Positions 1-12,277 of a stretch of DNA of 64,000 bases are shown here, piece by piece; positions within the stretch are counted from its first letter, which is position 1; every line of letters begins with the position of its first letter. Under the pieces are notes generated by a model. That model saw only the letters and a list, made by a program, of their open reading frames with translations. It was not told the DNA's origin and did not search any database. A program made the translations under genes and the position numbers. This stretch comes from Myxococcota bacterium (GTDB lineage: Bacteria > Myxococcota_A > SURF-8 > G963663525): positions 32,001-96,000 of the forward strand of contig CAXXVK010000027.1 in assembly GCA_963676915.2 (NCBI GenBank), read 5' to 3'.

Positions 1-213
1 CTGATGGAAAAACGGATCTTCCCCTGCCTCGACATCAACCGCTCGGCGACCCGCAAGGAAGAACTGCTCATGCCACCGGACGAACTTCACCGCATGTGGA
101 TTTTGCGCAAGCTGCTCCATCCGCTGAGTGTGATCGACGCCATGGAATTCCTGCTGGATAAAATCACCAAAACCAAGACCAACCAGGATTTCCTCGATTC
201 GATGAGCAACTAA
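1..213 (+). CDS. rho: Transcription termination factor Rho, C-terminal part (gene starts upstream of window)
   Basis: KRIFPCLDINRSATRKEELL...WILRKLL...AMEFLLDKITKTKTNQDFLDSM matches the conserved Rho C-terminus. Confidence 0.95.
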   Translation: MMEKRIFPCLDINRSATRKEELLMPPDELHRMWILRKLLHPLSVIDAMEFLLDKITKTKTNQDFLDSMSN

Positions 214-234
214 CTCCTCGAAATTCCACAAAAA

Positions 235-276
235 AACCAACAAAAAACCCGCCAAAAGGCGGGTTTTTTGTTGGTT
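235..276. terminator. Bidirectional intrinsic terminator after rho
   Basis: AACCAACAAAAAACCCGCC-AAAA-GGCGGGTTTTTTGTTGGTT perfect inverted repeat with A- and T-tracts, between convergent genes. Confidence 0.9.
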
Positions 277-313
277 GATGAATGGGGATTGCGGCTTCGT
301 TCGCCTGTTCTTG

Positions 314-523
314 TCAAACCAAAACGCAAGGAGCAGGAACCAATCCCAATGCCGTTGACTTAGAGCTTCTATGTGGGTGCCACGGTCTTCGAATCGAAGA
401 ATCGATGGCCGTGCAACCTATTGGAATCTCACGGCCATTGCCCTTCGGGCAAAGACCATGCCACCCACCTGAAACAGCTTTTTCATGGAAGTCAACTACA
501 GTGAGAATCAATCCTGCTCCATC
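314..523. repeat. Composite REP element: family-A inverted dimer (373-467) nested in a split family-B palindrome (GGAGCAGGA...TCCTGCTCC)
   Basis: 375-435 nearly identical to 53735-53795; 430-467 similar to 12329-12366; B arms at 330-338 and 512-520 match 53914-53936 and 3931-3967. Confidence 0.8.
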
Positions 524-549
524 TAACGGTCTGTTTTTAAAGGGAGGGG

Positions 550-2517
550 CTACTCGTTCCACTCATCGGGATCGAGCAGCACCAGTTCATCGTCGGAGTC
601 CCCATCCCCGGAGTATTTTTTCTTGAATACTTCTTTGAGCATGGATGCAAGATCGTCGATTTTGTAGGGTTTGAGCAAAATCTGGTCCGCTCCGGCTTTT
701 TTGATATCTCCCATCGGTGCGATATCGGCGAAACCCGTGGAAATCACTACCGGAAGATCCGCTGCCCGCTGCTTGATTTTTCGCAGCGCTTCCAATCCGT
801 CCATTTTGGGCATGATTACGTCCATGACCACGACATCGATGTCGGCACGGCGCTTTTCGACGGTCTGGACCGCCTCCAAGCCGTTGTGGGCGACAATGAC
901 CTGGTATCCCAGCGATTTCAGGATGCTTTCGCCCATGCTGATGATCAACTCTTCGTCGTCCACCAGCAATACGGTTTCGTTGCCACGCTCCAATGTGCCT
1001 TGGCTTTGGGACGGGCTTTTCGTCTCCTTGGGAGCGGAAACCGGCAGGTAGACCTCAAAGGTCGTACCACGTGGAATACCGGGAATGGCCTCGATATAAC
1101 CTTTGCGCTTTTTGACGATATTGCGAACGTAGTACAGACCGAAGCCGTGGCCTTTTTCGGCTCCCTTCGTCGATGACATCGGATCGAACAGCCGGGACAG
1201 CATTTTCGGTGCCACACCTTCGCCGTTGTCCTTGACCTGAATCATCATGTAATCACCCGGAGATACGGGGATTTTCAGGATTTCGCCACGATCGCCGATG
1301 TCGGCTTTTTCCAGCACCAGCTCGATCACCCCACCCTTGGGCAAGGCATCGCGGGCGTTGGACATCAGGTTCATGACAAGTTGCTTGAGTTCCGTGGAAT
1401 CGATTGCCAGCGGCAGGGAAGCTTTGGAAAATTTCTCGATGATGGTAATGGTCGGAGGGAACGTGTCGCGGCAGATTTCGACCACCGAACGCAGCACTTC
1501 GCCGGGATTGGTGACTTCCAGGTTCCCGTTTTCGTACATCGCCTGGCCACCGCGAGTGAATTCGATCAGGTTTTTGTTGAAATTGACCAGTTTATTCACG
1601 GCCTGGTCGATATGTTCCAGTCGTGGATACAAAGAATCGGAACTCGGCAACGTGGCCAGCAAACCGGAGACCTGACCGCTCAGCACCTGAAGAATGTTGT
1701 TGTTGGCGGTAGCGATTCCCGAGGTGATGTCGGCCAGCGACTTGGCCCGCTGATTTTCGAGCAACTCTTTTTCCATCCGACGAAAACGCATTTCAAGAGC
1801 GGATTCCTGACTGATATCCCGAACGATCAGGCAGATACCCAAAATGCTGCCGCTGTCGCTGAAGATAGGACAAATCGACATGTCCGCCGCGAAAAGATCG
1901 CCGTTGGCACGGACGTTCGAGGTCTTGCGATGGGAGGGTTTTCCGGAGGCGTACATTTTTTCCAGCCAGGAATGCAACTCCTCGACGCGCTCCTGCGGAA
2001 CGATCTGTTTGACCGGCTTGCCGATCGCTTTCGATTTCTCGATTCCGTAGATTTTCTCGGCGGCACGGTTCCAACTGCGAACGATGCCGACCACCGAAGT
2101 GGAAATCACGGCCTGATCCAAGTTTTCAAGCAAACTGTCGGCCAGATAGGCTTTACGCCGGTTCGACGTTTCTTCCTGCATACCAACCAATACGGCCAGC
2201 GCGTCGGTGCCTTCCTTCGCGGTAAGCCACGACGGTTCCAGCGTGACGGCAAGACGCTTGCCGTCACGGCTGAGGAATTCGAGATCGAGGGGATTTTGCA
2301 ACGCCTGGGCATTGCCCATCCAGGTATACAGGCGGCCTCGTTGATCCTCCGGGACGAAGTGGTAATCCGGCGTCAACCCTTCGAGCTGTTCGCGTTCCCA
2401 TCCCAGGAGTTGGCAAAACGAGGTGTTGACCCCCAGAATCACCCCACGTTGTCCGAAGAGAATCAGGCTCTCCTGAAACACATCCATGATGCCCTTGAAA
2501 TAAGGACCGTCTTCCAT
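550..2517 (-). CDS. PAS-PAS hybrid sensor kinase/receiver (CckA-like) lacking the H-box histidine
   Basis: Two PAS domains, N-box LVMNLMSNARDA, G1 DNGEG, G2 GHGFGL, receiver LLVDDE...VMDVIMP...KPY; H-box reads GIATANNNIL. Confidence 0.9.
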   Translation of the reverse strand: MEDGPYFKGIMDVFQESLILFGQRGVILGVNTSFCQLLGWEREQLEGLTPDYHFVPEDQRGRLYTWMGNAQALQNPLDLEFLSRDGKRLAVTLEPSWLTAKEGTDALAVLVGMQEETSNRRKAYLADSLLENLDQAVISTSVVGIVRSWNRAAEKIYGIEKSKAIGKPVKQIVPQERVEELHSWLEKMYASGKPSHRKTSNVRANGDLFAADMSICPIFSDSGSILGICLIVRDISQESALEMRFRRMEKELLENQRAKSLADITSGIATANNNILQVLSGQVSGLLATLPSSDSLYPRLEHIDQAVNKLVNFNKNLIEFTRGGQAMYENGNLEVTNPGEVLRSVVEICRDTFPPTITIIEKFSKASLPLAIDSTELKQLVMNLMSNARDALPKGGVIELVLEKADIGDRGEILKIPVSPGDYMMIQVKDNGEGVAPKMLSRLFDPMSSTKGAEKGHGFGLYYVRNIVKKRKGYIEAIPGIPRGTTFEVYLPVSAPKETKSPSQSQGTLERGNETVLLVDDEELIISMGESILKSLGYQVIVAHNGLEAVQTVEKRRADIDVVVMDVIMPKMDGLEALRKIKQRAADLPVVISTGFADIAPMGDIKKAGADQILLKPYKIDDLASMLKEVFKKKYSGDGDSDDELVLLDPDEWNE

Positions 2518-2788
2518 GTCTGCTCCTTGCTACAACCATGCGTCTTCCTTGAGAAGCCGCAACAAATCCTAGGATATTCTACCCTTCGAAAATGCGGATG
2601 AACAAGTTCTTTCCACAACGACCCGATTGTTTATGCGCTCCTGTATTCGATAAAAAATGTATAAACGGTGACGTTTTCGCCTCCATGCGGTGTTGATAGA
2701 GAATAGGATGACGTTCGGGAGCGGATGTGGTAGACTTTGCAAAAAGGCTCCTGAAAACTCTGTAACTCCATCGAATCAGGAGGAAATC

Positions 2789-3817
2789 ATGAACGAATTC
2801 ACACGGATTTTCGGACTGTTGGCTTTGGCCTTGTTGCTTGTCGGCTGTTTCGGCGAAGACGATTCCACTTCCGGCCAGACCGGGCAGGCCGAGGACGACG
2901 CCTTTCGCAATGCTCTTCCCAACAGTGAAACTCTCAAGCTTGAAGTTCCCGAGTCGGAAGGCTCGAAAAAAATCATGCTGCGTGCCGTCGCCGCTCCGGT
3001 CGGCGAAACATCCGCTTATTATCTGGAAACCGTCCAGACGACACGAGCCATCAACTTCAGCGTGACTTTGCTGCTTTCCTGGCTGGATATTCTGGTCCAG
3101 TATCCCCCGTCGGAGCGCCTGGACAATGCCCGGATCTGGGGTCCGTGGCAGCCTGACGATGCCCTGAGTCAGATCGAACAGCGGTTGGTGGTCACTGAGA
3201 ACACCGAATCGGGAACGTTTGAATATTCCATGGAAGCGCGCAAGCTCGACAACGAGGACGGCGAGTGGACGAAAATCTGGTACGGAAACGTCGAACCGGA
3301 CGCCACCCAGGCTCATCATGGCATCGGCGACCTGACGCTGGATTTCGATGCCGCCGCCGAAATCGATCCTGCTGTGGTGGAACAAGGTCGTTTGGTGCTC
3401 GATTACGATACGGTCAGCGACGGTCGGCGCATCGAGGTGGAATTCATCGATTTTGTCGGGGAGGACAGTGACGGCGAGGTCGGCAACGGAAGTTACAGCT
3501 ACCACAGCCACGCCGATGGAACGGGCCGCTATTCCTTCACCCTCGTTGGAGACATTCACGCGGACGATCCCGACAAAGACCTGCCGGAACTGGAAGACAT
3601 TCAGATCGTTGCGACCTGGCAGGCCGATGGCCGTGGTCGGGCAGATGCTTCGGTCACCGGTGGCGACCTGGAAGCCGAAAGCTTCAAAGTTGTTGAATGC
3701 TGGGATACCTCGTTCCAAACTTCCTATTACATCGAGAGTGCGGTGCTGGACGGCGAAGAGTATTTCGACGAAGACGGCGACGAGGAAAGCTGTCCCGAGG
3801 TCGTCCCGGAATCCTGA
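2789..3817 (+). CDS. Acidic lipoprotein of unknown function (myxobacterial type)
   Basis: RBS AGGAGG, signal peptide with lipobox LLVG-C, beta-rich acidic body, downstream terminator. Confidence 0.8.
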   Translation: MNEFTRIFGLLALALLLVGCFGEDDSTSGQTGQAEDDAFRNALPNSETLKLEVPESEGSKKIMLRAVAAPVGETSAYYLETVQTTRAINFSVTLLLSWLDILVQYPPSERLDNARIWGPWQPDDALSQIEQRLVVTENTESGTFEYSMEARKLDNEDGEWTKIWYGNVEPDATQAHHGIGDLTLDFDAAAEIDPAVVEQGRLVLDYDTVSDGRRIEVEFIDFVGEDSDGEVGNGSYSYHSHADGTGRYSFTLVGDIHADDPDKDLPELEDIQIVATWQADGRGRADASVTGGDLEAESFKVVECWDTSFQTSYYIESAVLDGEEYFDEDGDEESCPEVVPES

Positions 3818-3841
3818 AAATTTTCTCTCGGCCCAACCAAC

Positions 3842-3869
3842 AAAACCCCGTCGGAAACAACGGGGTTTT
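3842..3869. terminator. Intrinsic terminator
   Basis: AAAACCCCGT-N8-ACGGGGTTTT between convergent genes. Confidence 0.75.
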
Positions 3870-3930
3870 CTTGATTGGGAAATAAGCCGTCAGATAGAGA
3901 AAATTTCCATGGTTCAGGTCTATCGGATAA

Positions 3931-3967
3931 AGCTGAATTGTATCCTGCTCCCTGCGTTTTGCTTGGA
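3931..3967 (-). repeat. Degenerate family-B REP copy
   Basis: ATTGTATCCTGCTCCCTGCGTTTTGCTTGGA resembles the reverse complement of 314-345 and of 53914-53930. Confidence 0.65.
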
Positions 3968-4034
3968 AAAGAACCCTGTGGATAGGGAAGCAATTCCCGT
4001 TCATCGCAATGATTGGTTTGTACGGTAAAAACAG

Positions 4035-4529
4035 CTATTTGGAGGTCTCGATGGCGGCGTTGTCTTCCGAGATCGGGACGAATCCTTCACCCTCGTGACG
4101 TACGATGCGCGTGATTTGTGCTGCAAAGCGGGCCTTTGTCTTGTCGCGACGGTCGAACAGCATCGAAATTCCCAGGCCGACCAAAAATCCCGCCACACAG
4201 CCTAAAATCGCGCCGTCGTCCGTATCGAATCCCAGTGTGGAAAACAGCGCTTGCATAGAAAAGCCTCCCACCAGCAAACCGAAAAGCGGTACGAGGTAGA
4301 CGAAAAACGTCGCCTTGACCTTGGAGTTTTCGGGAAATGCGATTTCGACCTGATCGCCGACGGACGCCCCGATCGTGTTGGTCGCTCGGATGGCGTCGGG
4401 CGTATCGGTTCCCATGGCGAAACACGCGCCTTTTCCGGCGCATTTGTCACAGACACCTTTACGGGGAATCGATACCACCGCCGTATGTCCCTCCAGCGAT
4501 TGCACGATCCCGGCCCGGCATTCACTCAT
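4035..4529 (-). CDS. rseC: RseC/MucC family membrane protein (alternative start 4565)
   Basis: GIV...AVV...CDKCAGKGAC motif, NTIGASVGDQVEI, VYLVPL followed by two TM helices. Confidence 0.85.
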   Translation of the reverse strand: MSECRAGIVQSLEGHTAVVSIPRKGVCDKCAGKGACFAMGTDTPDAIRATNTIGASVGDQVEIAFPENSKVKATFFVYLVPLFGLLVGGFSMQALFSTLGFDTDDGAILGCVAGFLVGLGISMLFDRRDKTKARFAAQITRIVRHEGEGFVPISEDNAAIETSK

Positions 4530-4846
4530 TTCCTTCGGTGTTTCCACGATCGCTTTCGAGTCCACGGTCCGCTCCGAATCTGCCGAAATCCTTCATGGGA
4601 ATATAATAAACCCCAGTGGCATTCGGGCAAGCGAAAAGATGGTTTCGACCTGAGAAAAGGAAAAAGTCGAGCTTTTTAGGGGTTCAATGCAAGAAACTGG
4701 CAGGAGGACGAGGAAAAACTCTTGACAAAGTCACTACAGACTAAAGACTTATAGCGAACCCTCGTGAATGAGTTCGGTTTCGCGTGGGTTCGAACCTGAA
4801 GGAATATGGATACGCTTGCACTGCAAGCAGCTGCCGGGAGAACAAC

Positions 4847-6886
<2,040 letters not shown>

Positions 6887-6909
6887 TTTTTCTCGTTTTT
6901 ATTGTATTC

Positions 6910-6942
6910 AGGCGGGTTTGGCTTACGAACCCGCCTTTTTTT
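6910..6942 (+). terminator. Intrinsic terminator after nifS, overlapping the 3' end of the opposing gene
   Basis: AGGCGGGTT-N9-AACCCGCCT followed by a T-tract. Confidence 0.75.
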
Positions 6943-7252
6943 GTTTCAGGCGCTGGTTGATGATAGTCCGCAGCCGGGAACGCGCACGATTATGAGGGGC
7001 GTTGAAGGCGTATTCGGGCGAATCGAGATATTGCTGCTGGCTCGCACGGATATCCTGCGGGACAAACAGGTCGGCCACACCTTCGAACCTCGTTCCGCAC
7101 AGGGAACAGTAATTTTGGCCACGAACCAACTTTGCACCGCAGGATGGGCAGAAGTTGGTGATGATTGGAAGCCTCGTACCGCAAACGGAACAATATTCGG
7201 CCAGAGGATTCTGTGTCGGCGTGAAACAGCGCGTGCAAGCTCGCTTGATCAT
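6923..7252 (-). CDS. Small double zinc-ribbon protein
   Basis: Four CxxC pairs (CTRC, CSVC, CPSC, CSLC); GGAG 8 nt before ATG at 7252. Confidence 0.75.
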   Translation of the reverse strand: MIKRACTRCFTPTQNPLAEYCSVCGTRLPIITNFCPSCGAKLVRGQNYCSLCGTRFEGVADLFVPQDIRASQQQYLDSPEYAFNAPHNRARSRLRTIINQRLKQKKAGS

Positions 7253-7363
7253 CTCGAAACTCCACAAAAGGATTTTTAATATATTATATAAAATTGAGTT
7301 TAATTTGTCTATTTCTTGTTCGTTTTTTCGCAGGAACGAGTGAAACGGAGTGGGGAATTTTCA

Positions 7364-7428
7364 GTAGGTCGGGCAAATTTCTTGCCCGACAATGCCAAGG
7401 TGTCGGGCAAGAAATTTGCCTGACTTAC
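7364..7428. repeat. GTAG-type REP inverted dimer (family C)
   Basis: GTAGGTCGGGCAAATTTCTTGCCCGACA-N9-TGTCGGGCAAGAAATTTGCCTGACTTAC; second dimer at 26339-26421. Confidence 0.9.
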
Positions 7429-7467
7429 GGGATTATCCTGAAATTCGAAGAATTTTCGGTAGGCTAA

Positions 7468-7641
7468 CCCGGAATATTCATGAAGAATCTACTCCGACTT
7501 GAAAACTCTCGATCTTTCTCTCGTTTCCCGATTTTCATCCTCGACAGACTTTCCAGTATGCCTGCGGGTGAAAATTGCTCCAACTTCGCGAAAGTTCTTC
7601 GGTTTCCGGCGTCTCTCTACGATTTTCATGAATGTTCCGGG
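7468..7641. mobile_element. MITE copy 1 (174 bp), ends resemble IS1380-family TIRs
   Basis: TIRs CCCGGAATATTCATGAA / TTCATGAATGTTCCGGG; direct repeat CTAA at 7464-7467 and 7642-7645; homologous to the reverse complement of 37547-37721. Confidence 0.88.
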
Positions 7642-8163
7642 CTAAAAATCCGGTAGAAACTGGGGTTGCTGAGTATCGGGACGCAGTTTGCGGTCCAGTT
7701 GCCTGGCAAGAGCGTAGGCGGGAACGCCGACGATGAACGTTGCCAGCGTGCCAAGCAAAAGCTGAGAAAGATTCGGCCAGAACGTGACCAATGTGGACGA
7801 TTTGAAGACAAAGACGTAAAAATTGGCCAACTCCCGGCTCGGACCGCTGATCAGGGCAGCAAGAAACGCCAGATGCACCGGGTGTTTCAGCAACAATCGA
7901 AGGGAAAGAAACGATATCATCAGATACAAGGTCACGGCGACCAGAAACACCAGCGGCAAACTCGCTGCACTTTGCGCTGCCACGGCTACCGAACAGAAAA
8001 AGGTCGAGACCAACCCGAGAACGGGCCGACGCATCGTGCTGAAAAACACCACTCCCAAAGCCAGCAGGTCGGGGCGTGCTTCTCTAAGTCCTAGAAGATA
8101 CGAAACATTTCCCATGCTGAAGCAGAACAGACCGAAACCGGCGAGCAGCAGAACCCAACGCAT
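7642..8163 (-). CDS. mreD: Rod shape-determining protein MreD
   Basis: Hydrophobic 173-aa ORF with RPDLLAL motif, coupled to mreC by TGATG overlap. Confidence 0.8.
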   Translation of the reverse strand: MRWVLLLAGFGLFCFSMGNVSYLLGLREARPDLLALGVVFFSTMRRPVLGLVSTFFCSVAVAAQSAASLPLVFLVAVTLYLMISFLSLRLLLKHPVHLAFLAALISGPSRELANFYVFVFKSSTLVTFWPNLSQLLLGTLATFIVGVPAYALARQLDRKLRPDTQQPQFLPDF

Positions 8164-8984
8164 CACAGCCCTCCCGTGGGTTCCAGCACCAATACTTCTT
8201 CCAGCCGGGTGAAATCCACCACCGGGTCCAGCACAGCTTCGATGAAAATTCCTTCTCGTTGTTGAGAAAGTCTCGATACCCGACCCATCGGCAACCCGGC
8301 GGGAAAGCGGCTGTCCATGCCGGATGTCACCACGAGATCGCCTTCCTGCACCCCGGTCGTTCGCAGGCTGTAGACAATCTGGCACTCCAGTTTGTCTTTG
8401 CCCGGTAGCCCCTGCACCATTCCCTGTGCGCGAGTGCGCTCGATCAGAGAGTCAATCGCGCTGTTGGGGTCGGTCATCAACAAAACCTGGGCGGTGGAAC
8501 CGTACAGCTTCCAGATACGTCCCACGACGCCCTTGTCGTTGACCACCACCGCTTTGCTGCTGATGCCATCGCGGCGTCCGCGATCGATCGTGATGGAGCG
8601 GTAGTCTCCGAAAAGATCGACGGCAATGACGTTTGCGCCGATGGCATCGAGCTTGTGTTCTTTTTTGAAACGTAAAAGCCGTTTGAGACGGACGTTTTCC
8701 TTTTCAGACGCTCGAAGTCTCTGGAGTTCGAGTTCCAGACGGCGTTTTTCTCCTTCGGCTTCCAGCGCTCGTTCGGCGGCGTCCGTCAGGGCGACATAGC
8801 GTCGCCAGACCTGCCCTAAGCCATTGAAAACATAGGTGGTTCCCTTTTGAAGAGGAGAAAAGACAAACCGGGCCGCCGACTCGGCGGCGTTGGTTTCGTC
8901 GTCGTTTTTATCGTGACTGACAAGCGCCAAAACGGCCAGCATAATCACGACCAACAGCAAAAAGGGAATACGATACTTGAACAT
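8163..8984 (-). CDS. mreC: Rod shape-determining protein MreC
   Basis: TM helix, coiled coil ENVRLKRLL, TIDRG..DG, GVVGRI, GDLVVTSG...FPAGLPMG. Confidence 0.95.
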   Translation of the reverse strand: MFKYRIPFLLLVVIMLAVLALVSHDKNDDETNAAESAARFVFSPLQKGTTYVFNGLGQVWRRYVALTDAAERALEAEGEKRRLELELQRLRASEKENVRLKRLLRFKKEHKLDAIGANVIAVDLFGDYRSITIDRGRRDGISSKAVVVNDKGVVGRIWKLYGSTAQVLLMTDPNSAIDSLIERTRAQGMVQGLPGKDKLECQIVYSLRTTGVQEGDLVVTSGMDSRFPAGLPMGRVSRLSQQREGIFIEAVLDPVVDFTRLEEVLVLEPTGGL

Positions 8985-8991
8985 CCGCCGC

Positions 8992-10071
<1,080 letters not shown>

Positions 10072-10257
10072 TCAAAAAACCTCGAATCGAAGACTCTTTT
10101 TTGTCAAGTGCCCGATTTCAAACGGTTTCTTTCGTTGCCTTTGTAGGATGCACTCCTAAATGCCTCCACGCAATGCGTCTCGAAATTCCTGCCACTATAT
10201 TTCCTATTGATCGCCTTGACCACTAAAAAGATGGAAAATATCCAAAAAAAGGACACG

Positions 10258-10830
10258 TTACAAATCCGTAGAGAAAAGCTCCTTGTAGACCGACCCTCCA
10301 GGCTGCAGATAAGAACGGTACAGCACCACCCGTGCGGCCTCGCTCGTACCGAAAACGTGTGGGCGCAGCCCGTTCGTCGCCTCTGCAACAAGACCACGCC
10401 CTTTCTCGTAACGAACCCTTCCCAAGGTGATGTGGGGTTTCAAGGGACGGTCTTCCCAAGGCAATCCAATGGATTGAAAATGCTCTCCCAGGGATCGGTG
10501 CAAGGCGTGCAGTTCGGGAGCAAATGCCATTCCCGCCCAAAGCACTCGGGGACGTCCGAAGTTTGGAAAAGCTCCAAGACCTTGGATTTCCAAAGGAAAC
10601 CGACCCAAATCCGTCGTGGCTTTACGGGTTGCCTCGGTAATGGGATGCACCAACGAGGCGTCGATGTCACCGAAAAAGTTCAAGGTGACGTGCAGCCCTT
10701 CGGGACGTACCCAACCTACTTTCACACTCGGCGGAAGCAGGGTTTCGGCAAGGCGAGCCTGCATTTCCTGCATGTTTCGCTTGATCTCCTCGGACAGCGG
10801 AAGCGCGAGGAAACAGCGGATGTTTTCCAT
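10258..10830 (-). CDS. thpR: RNA 2',3'-cyclic phosphodiesterase (2H family)
   Basis: RCFLAL, LHVTLNFFG, PRVLWAG, PHITLGR, YRSYL; two HxT motifs. Confidence 0.93.
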   Translation of the reverse strand: MENIRCFLALPLSEEIKRNMQEMQARLAETLLPPSVKVGWVRPEGLHVTLNFFGDIDASLVHPITEATRKATTDLGRFPLEIQGLGAFPNFGRPRVLWAGMAFAPELHALHRSLGEHFQSIGLPWEDRPLKPHITLGRVRYEKGRGLVAEATNGLRPHVFGTSEAARVVLYRSYLQPGGSVYKELFSTDL

Positions 10831-11114
10831 TTTTCCACTCTTTCAAAGAATTCGCATTTATGGTCTTTGGTCCGAACGATTTCCATGAAAAAATCCCTCC
10901 GCACAAAGACCAACATACCCGAAAAATAGGTGGAAATACCATTTTTTCATCAACTCGGTCCATCCTCTTCCATGTCAGGCTCGTTCGAAATCTGGAATGA
11001 AAGTACCTTAACGATTTCGCGTTTTTCCTTCACAATATTTATAAATTTTGCTATTATATTAACTATAGTTTATTGAGAATACTTATGACCGCCTCCGTTT
11101 CGAAAGGAAATGGC

Positions 11115-12137
11115 ATGAGACGCGCTTGGACGATACGATGGTTTTCTCTGATGGTATTGGCGATCCTGATGCAGCTAACCGGCTGTTATTCCTCCGAAAT
11201 GCTGGAAGGGGACATCGACCTCTCCAACGGCGATCTCGACGCTGTGGAAGGGGAAATCGAGGGGATCGAAGCCGAAGAAACGGACCTCGATGAAGAGGCT
11301 TCCGAAAGCGTCGAGTCGGAAATCATCGCCGAAGAAGAACAGACGGATACGGTGGATGAACCCGCCGAGCAGGAGCCGGTTCAGGTGGAAGACGGCTGCG
11401 ATTCCGTACGTATTCTGCTCGACGGCTCCAATCAACCGGCCCCCGGAGAAGCCCTTCGTTTGCAAGCGTCGTTCGGTTCCTATGAGTTGCAAGCCACGAA
11501 CATCGACTGGTCTTTGGATGCCCTGCCGGACATGAGTCTGGCCCGCTTGGATACCACCGGCGGAACAGACGGTGAAGTCGAATTGATACCGGACTTTTTG
11601 GGGGACTACCGCGTGCGTCTGCAGATGAGCGACCAGACCGGACAGAAATACGGTCCCTGCATTCAGCCGGTGCATTGTCTGCTGGACGGACTGCTCGTTG
11701 TGGAATTGGCCTGGAACACCCCCAACGCCGAAGAAGGTGCGGACCTTGACCTGCACGTGATCAGCCAGACGGGAAAATGGGGTGCCCATCCCTTCGATTG
11801 CTTCTGGGACAACCCCCAGGCCGCCTGGGGTGATGCCTCCGACCAGGACGATGGCCGCTTGCTGTCCGATGCCCGTTACCCGGTTGGACCGGAGCATTTT
11901 CAGCTTCTCGAAAAACCTGGCGATGTCGATGAGTTGGAAGTGGGCGTACGAGTCAATACCAGCCGTGGTTCCGGAGCCAGCCCGGCTCGGGTCACCGTGT
12001 ACTACGAAGGAAAACTGTTGGAATCGTTCCGGCACGGCGGATTGGTCGACGGCGATTTCTGGTGGATCGCCCGTATCGATCTGAGAGACGGCGGGCTGGA
12101 AATCATCGACAAGGTATCCACCGGATATCCCGAATAA
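11115..12137 (+). CDS. Lipoprotein with acidic linker, PKD/Ig-like domain and YfaP/DUF2135-like domain
   Basis: Lipobox QLTG-C; WSL...PDFLGDYRVRL; VELAW...DLDLHV...GPEH. Confidence 0.75.
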   Translation: MRRAWTIRWFSLMVLAILMQLTGCYSSEMLEGDIDLSNGDLDAVEGEIEGIEAEETDLDEEASESVESEIIAEEEQTDTVDEPAEQEPVQVEDGCDSVRILLDGSNQPAPGEALRLQASFGSYELQATNIDWSLDALPDMSLARLDTTGGTDGEVELIPDFLGDYRVRLQMSDQTGQKYGPCIQPVHCLLDGLLVVELAWNTPNAEEGADLDLHVISQTGKWGAHPFDCFWDNPQAAWGDASDQDDGRLLSDARYPVGPEHFQLLEKPGDVDELEVGVRVNTSRGSGASPARVTVYYEGKLLESFRHGGLVDGDFWWIARIDLRDGGLEIIDKVSTGYPE

Positions 12138-12277
12138 TTTTCAATCGTTTTCGCTCGTTTGTATCCAGATTTCAGAGTTTGAAAACTTTTCACCGTCGGG
12201 TGAGTGCTGCCGTACTGAACCACACGTTTCTTCCTATCCCTAATTCTGCATGAATCGAACGGGGTAAATCTAAGAAT

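Noticed and set aside
282-626. ORFs 282-626, 314-562, 53519-53776 and 53658-53897 sharing peptide similarity
   Set aside because: The similarity comes from the non-coding REP family A sequence they overlap
4755-4800. GGTTCGAAC as a tRNA T-arm
   Set aside because: No cloverleaf can be built; it is one arm of a simple leader hairpin
7364-7428. REP dimers as a possible CRISPR array
   Set aside because: Units are inverted pairs, not direct repeats with unique spacers, and no cas genes are present
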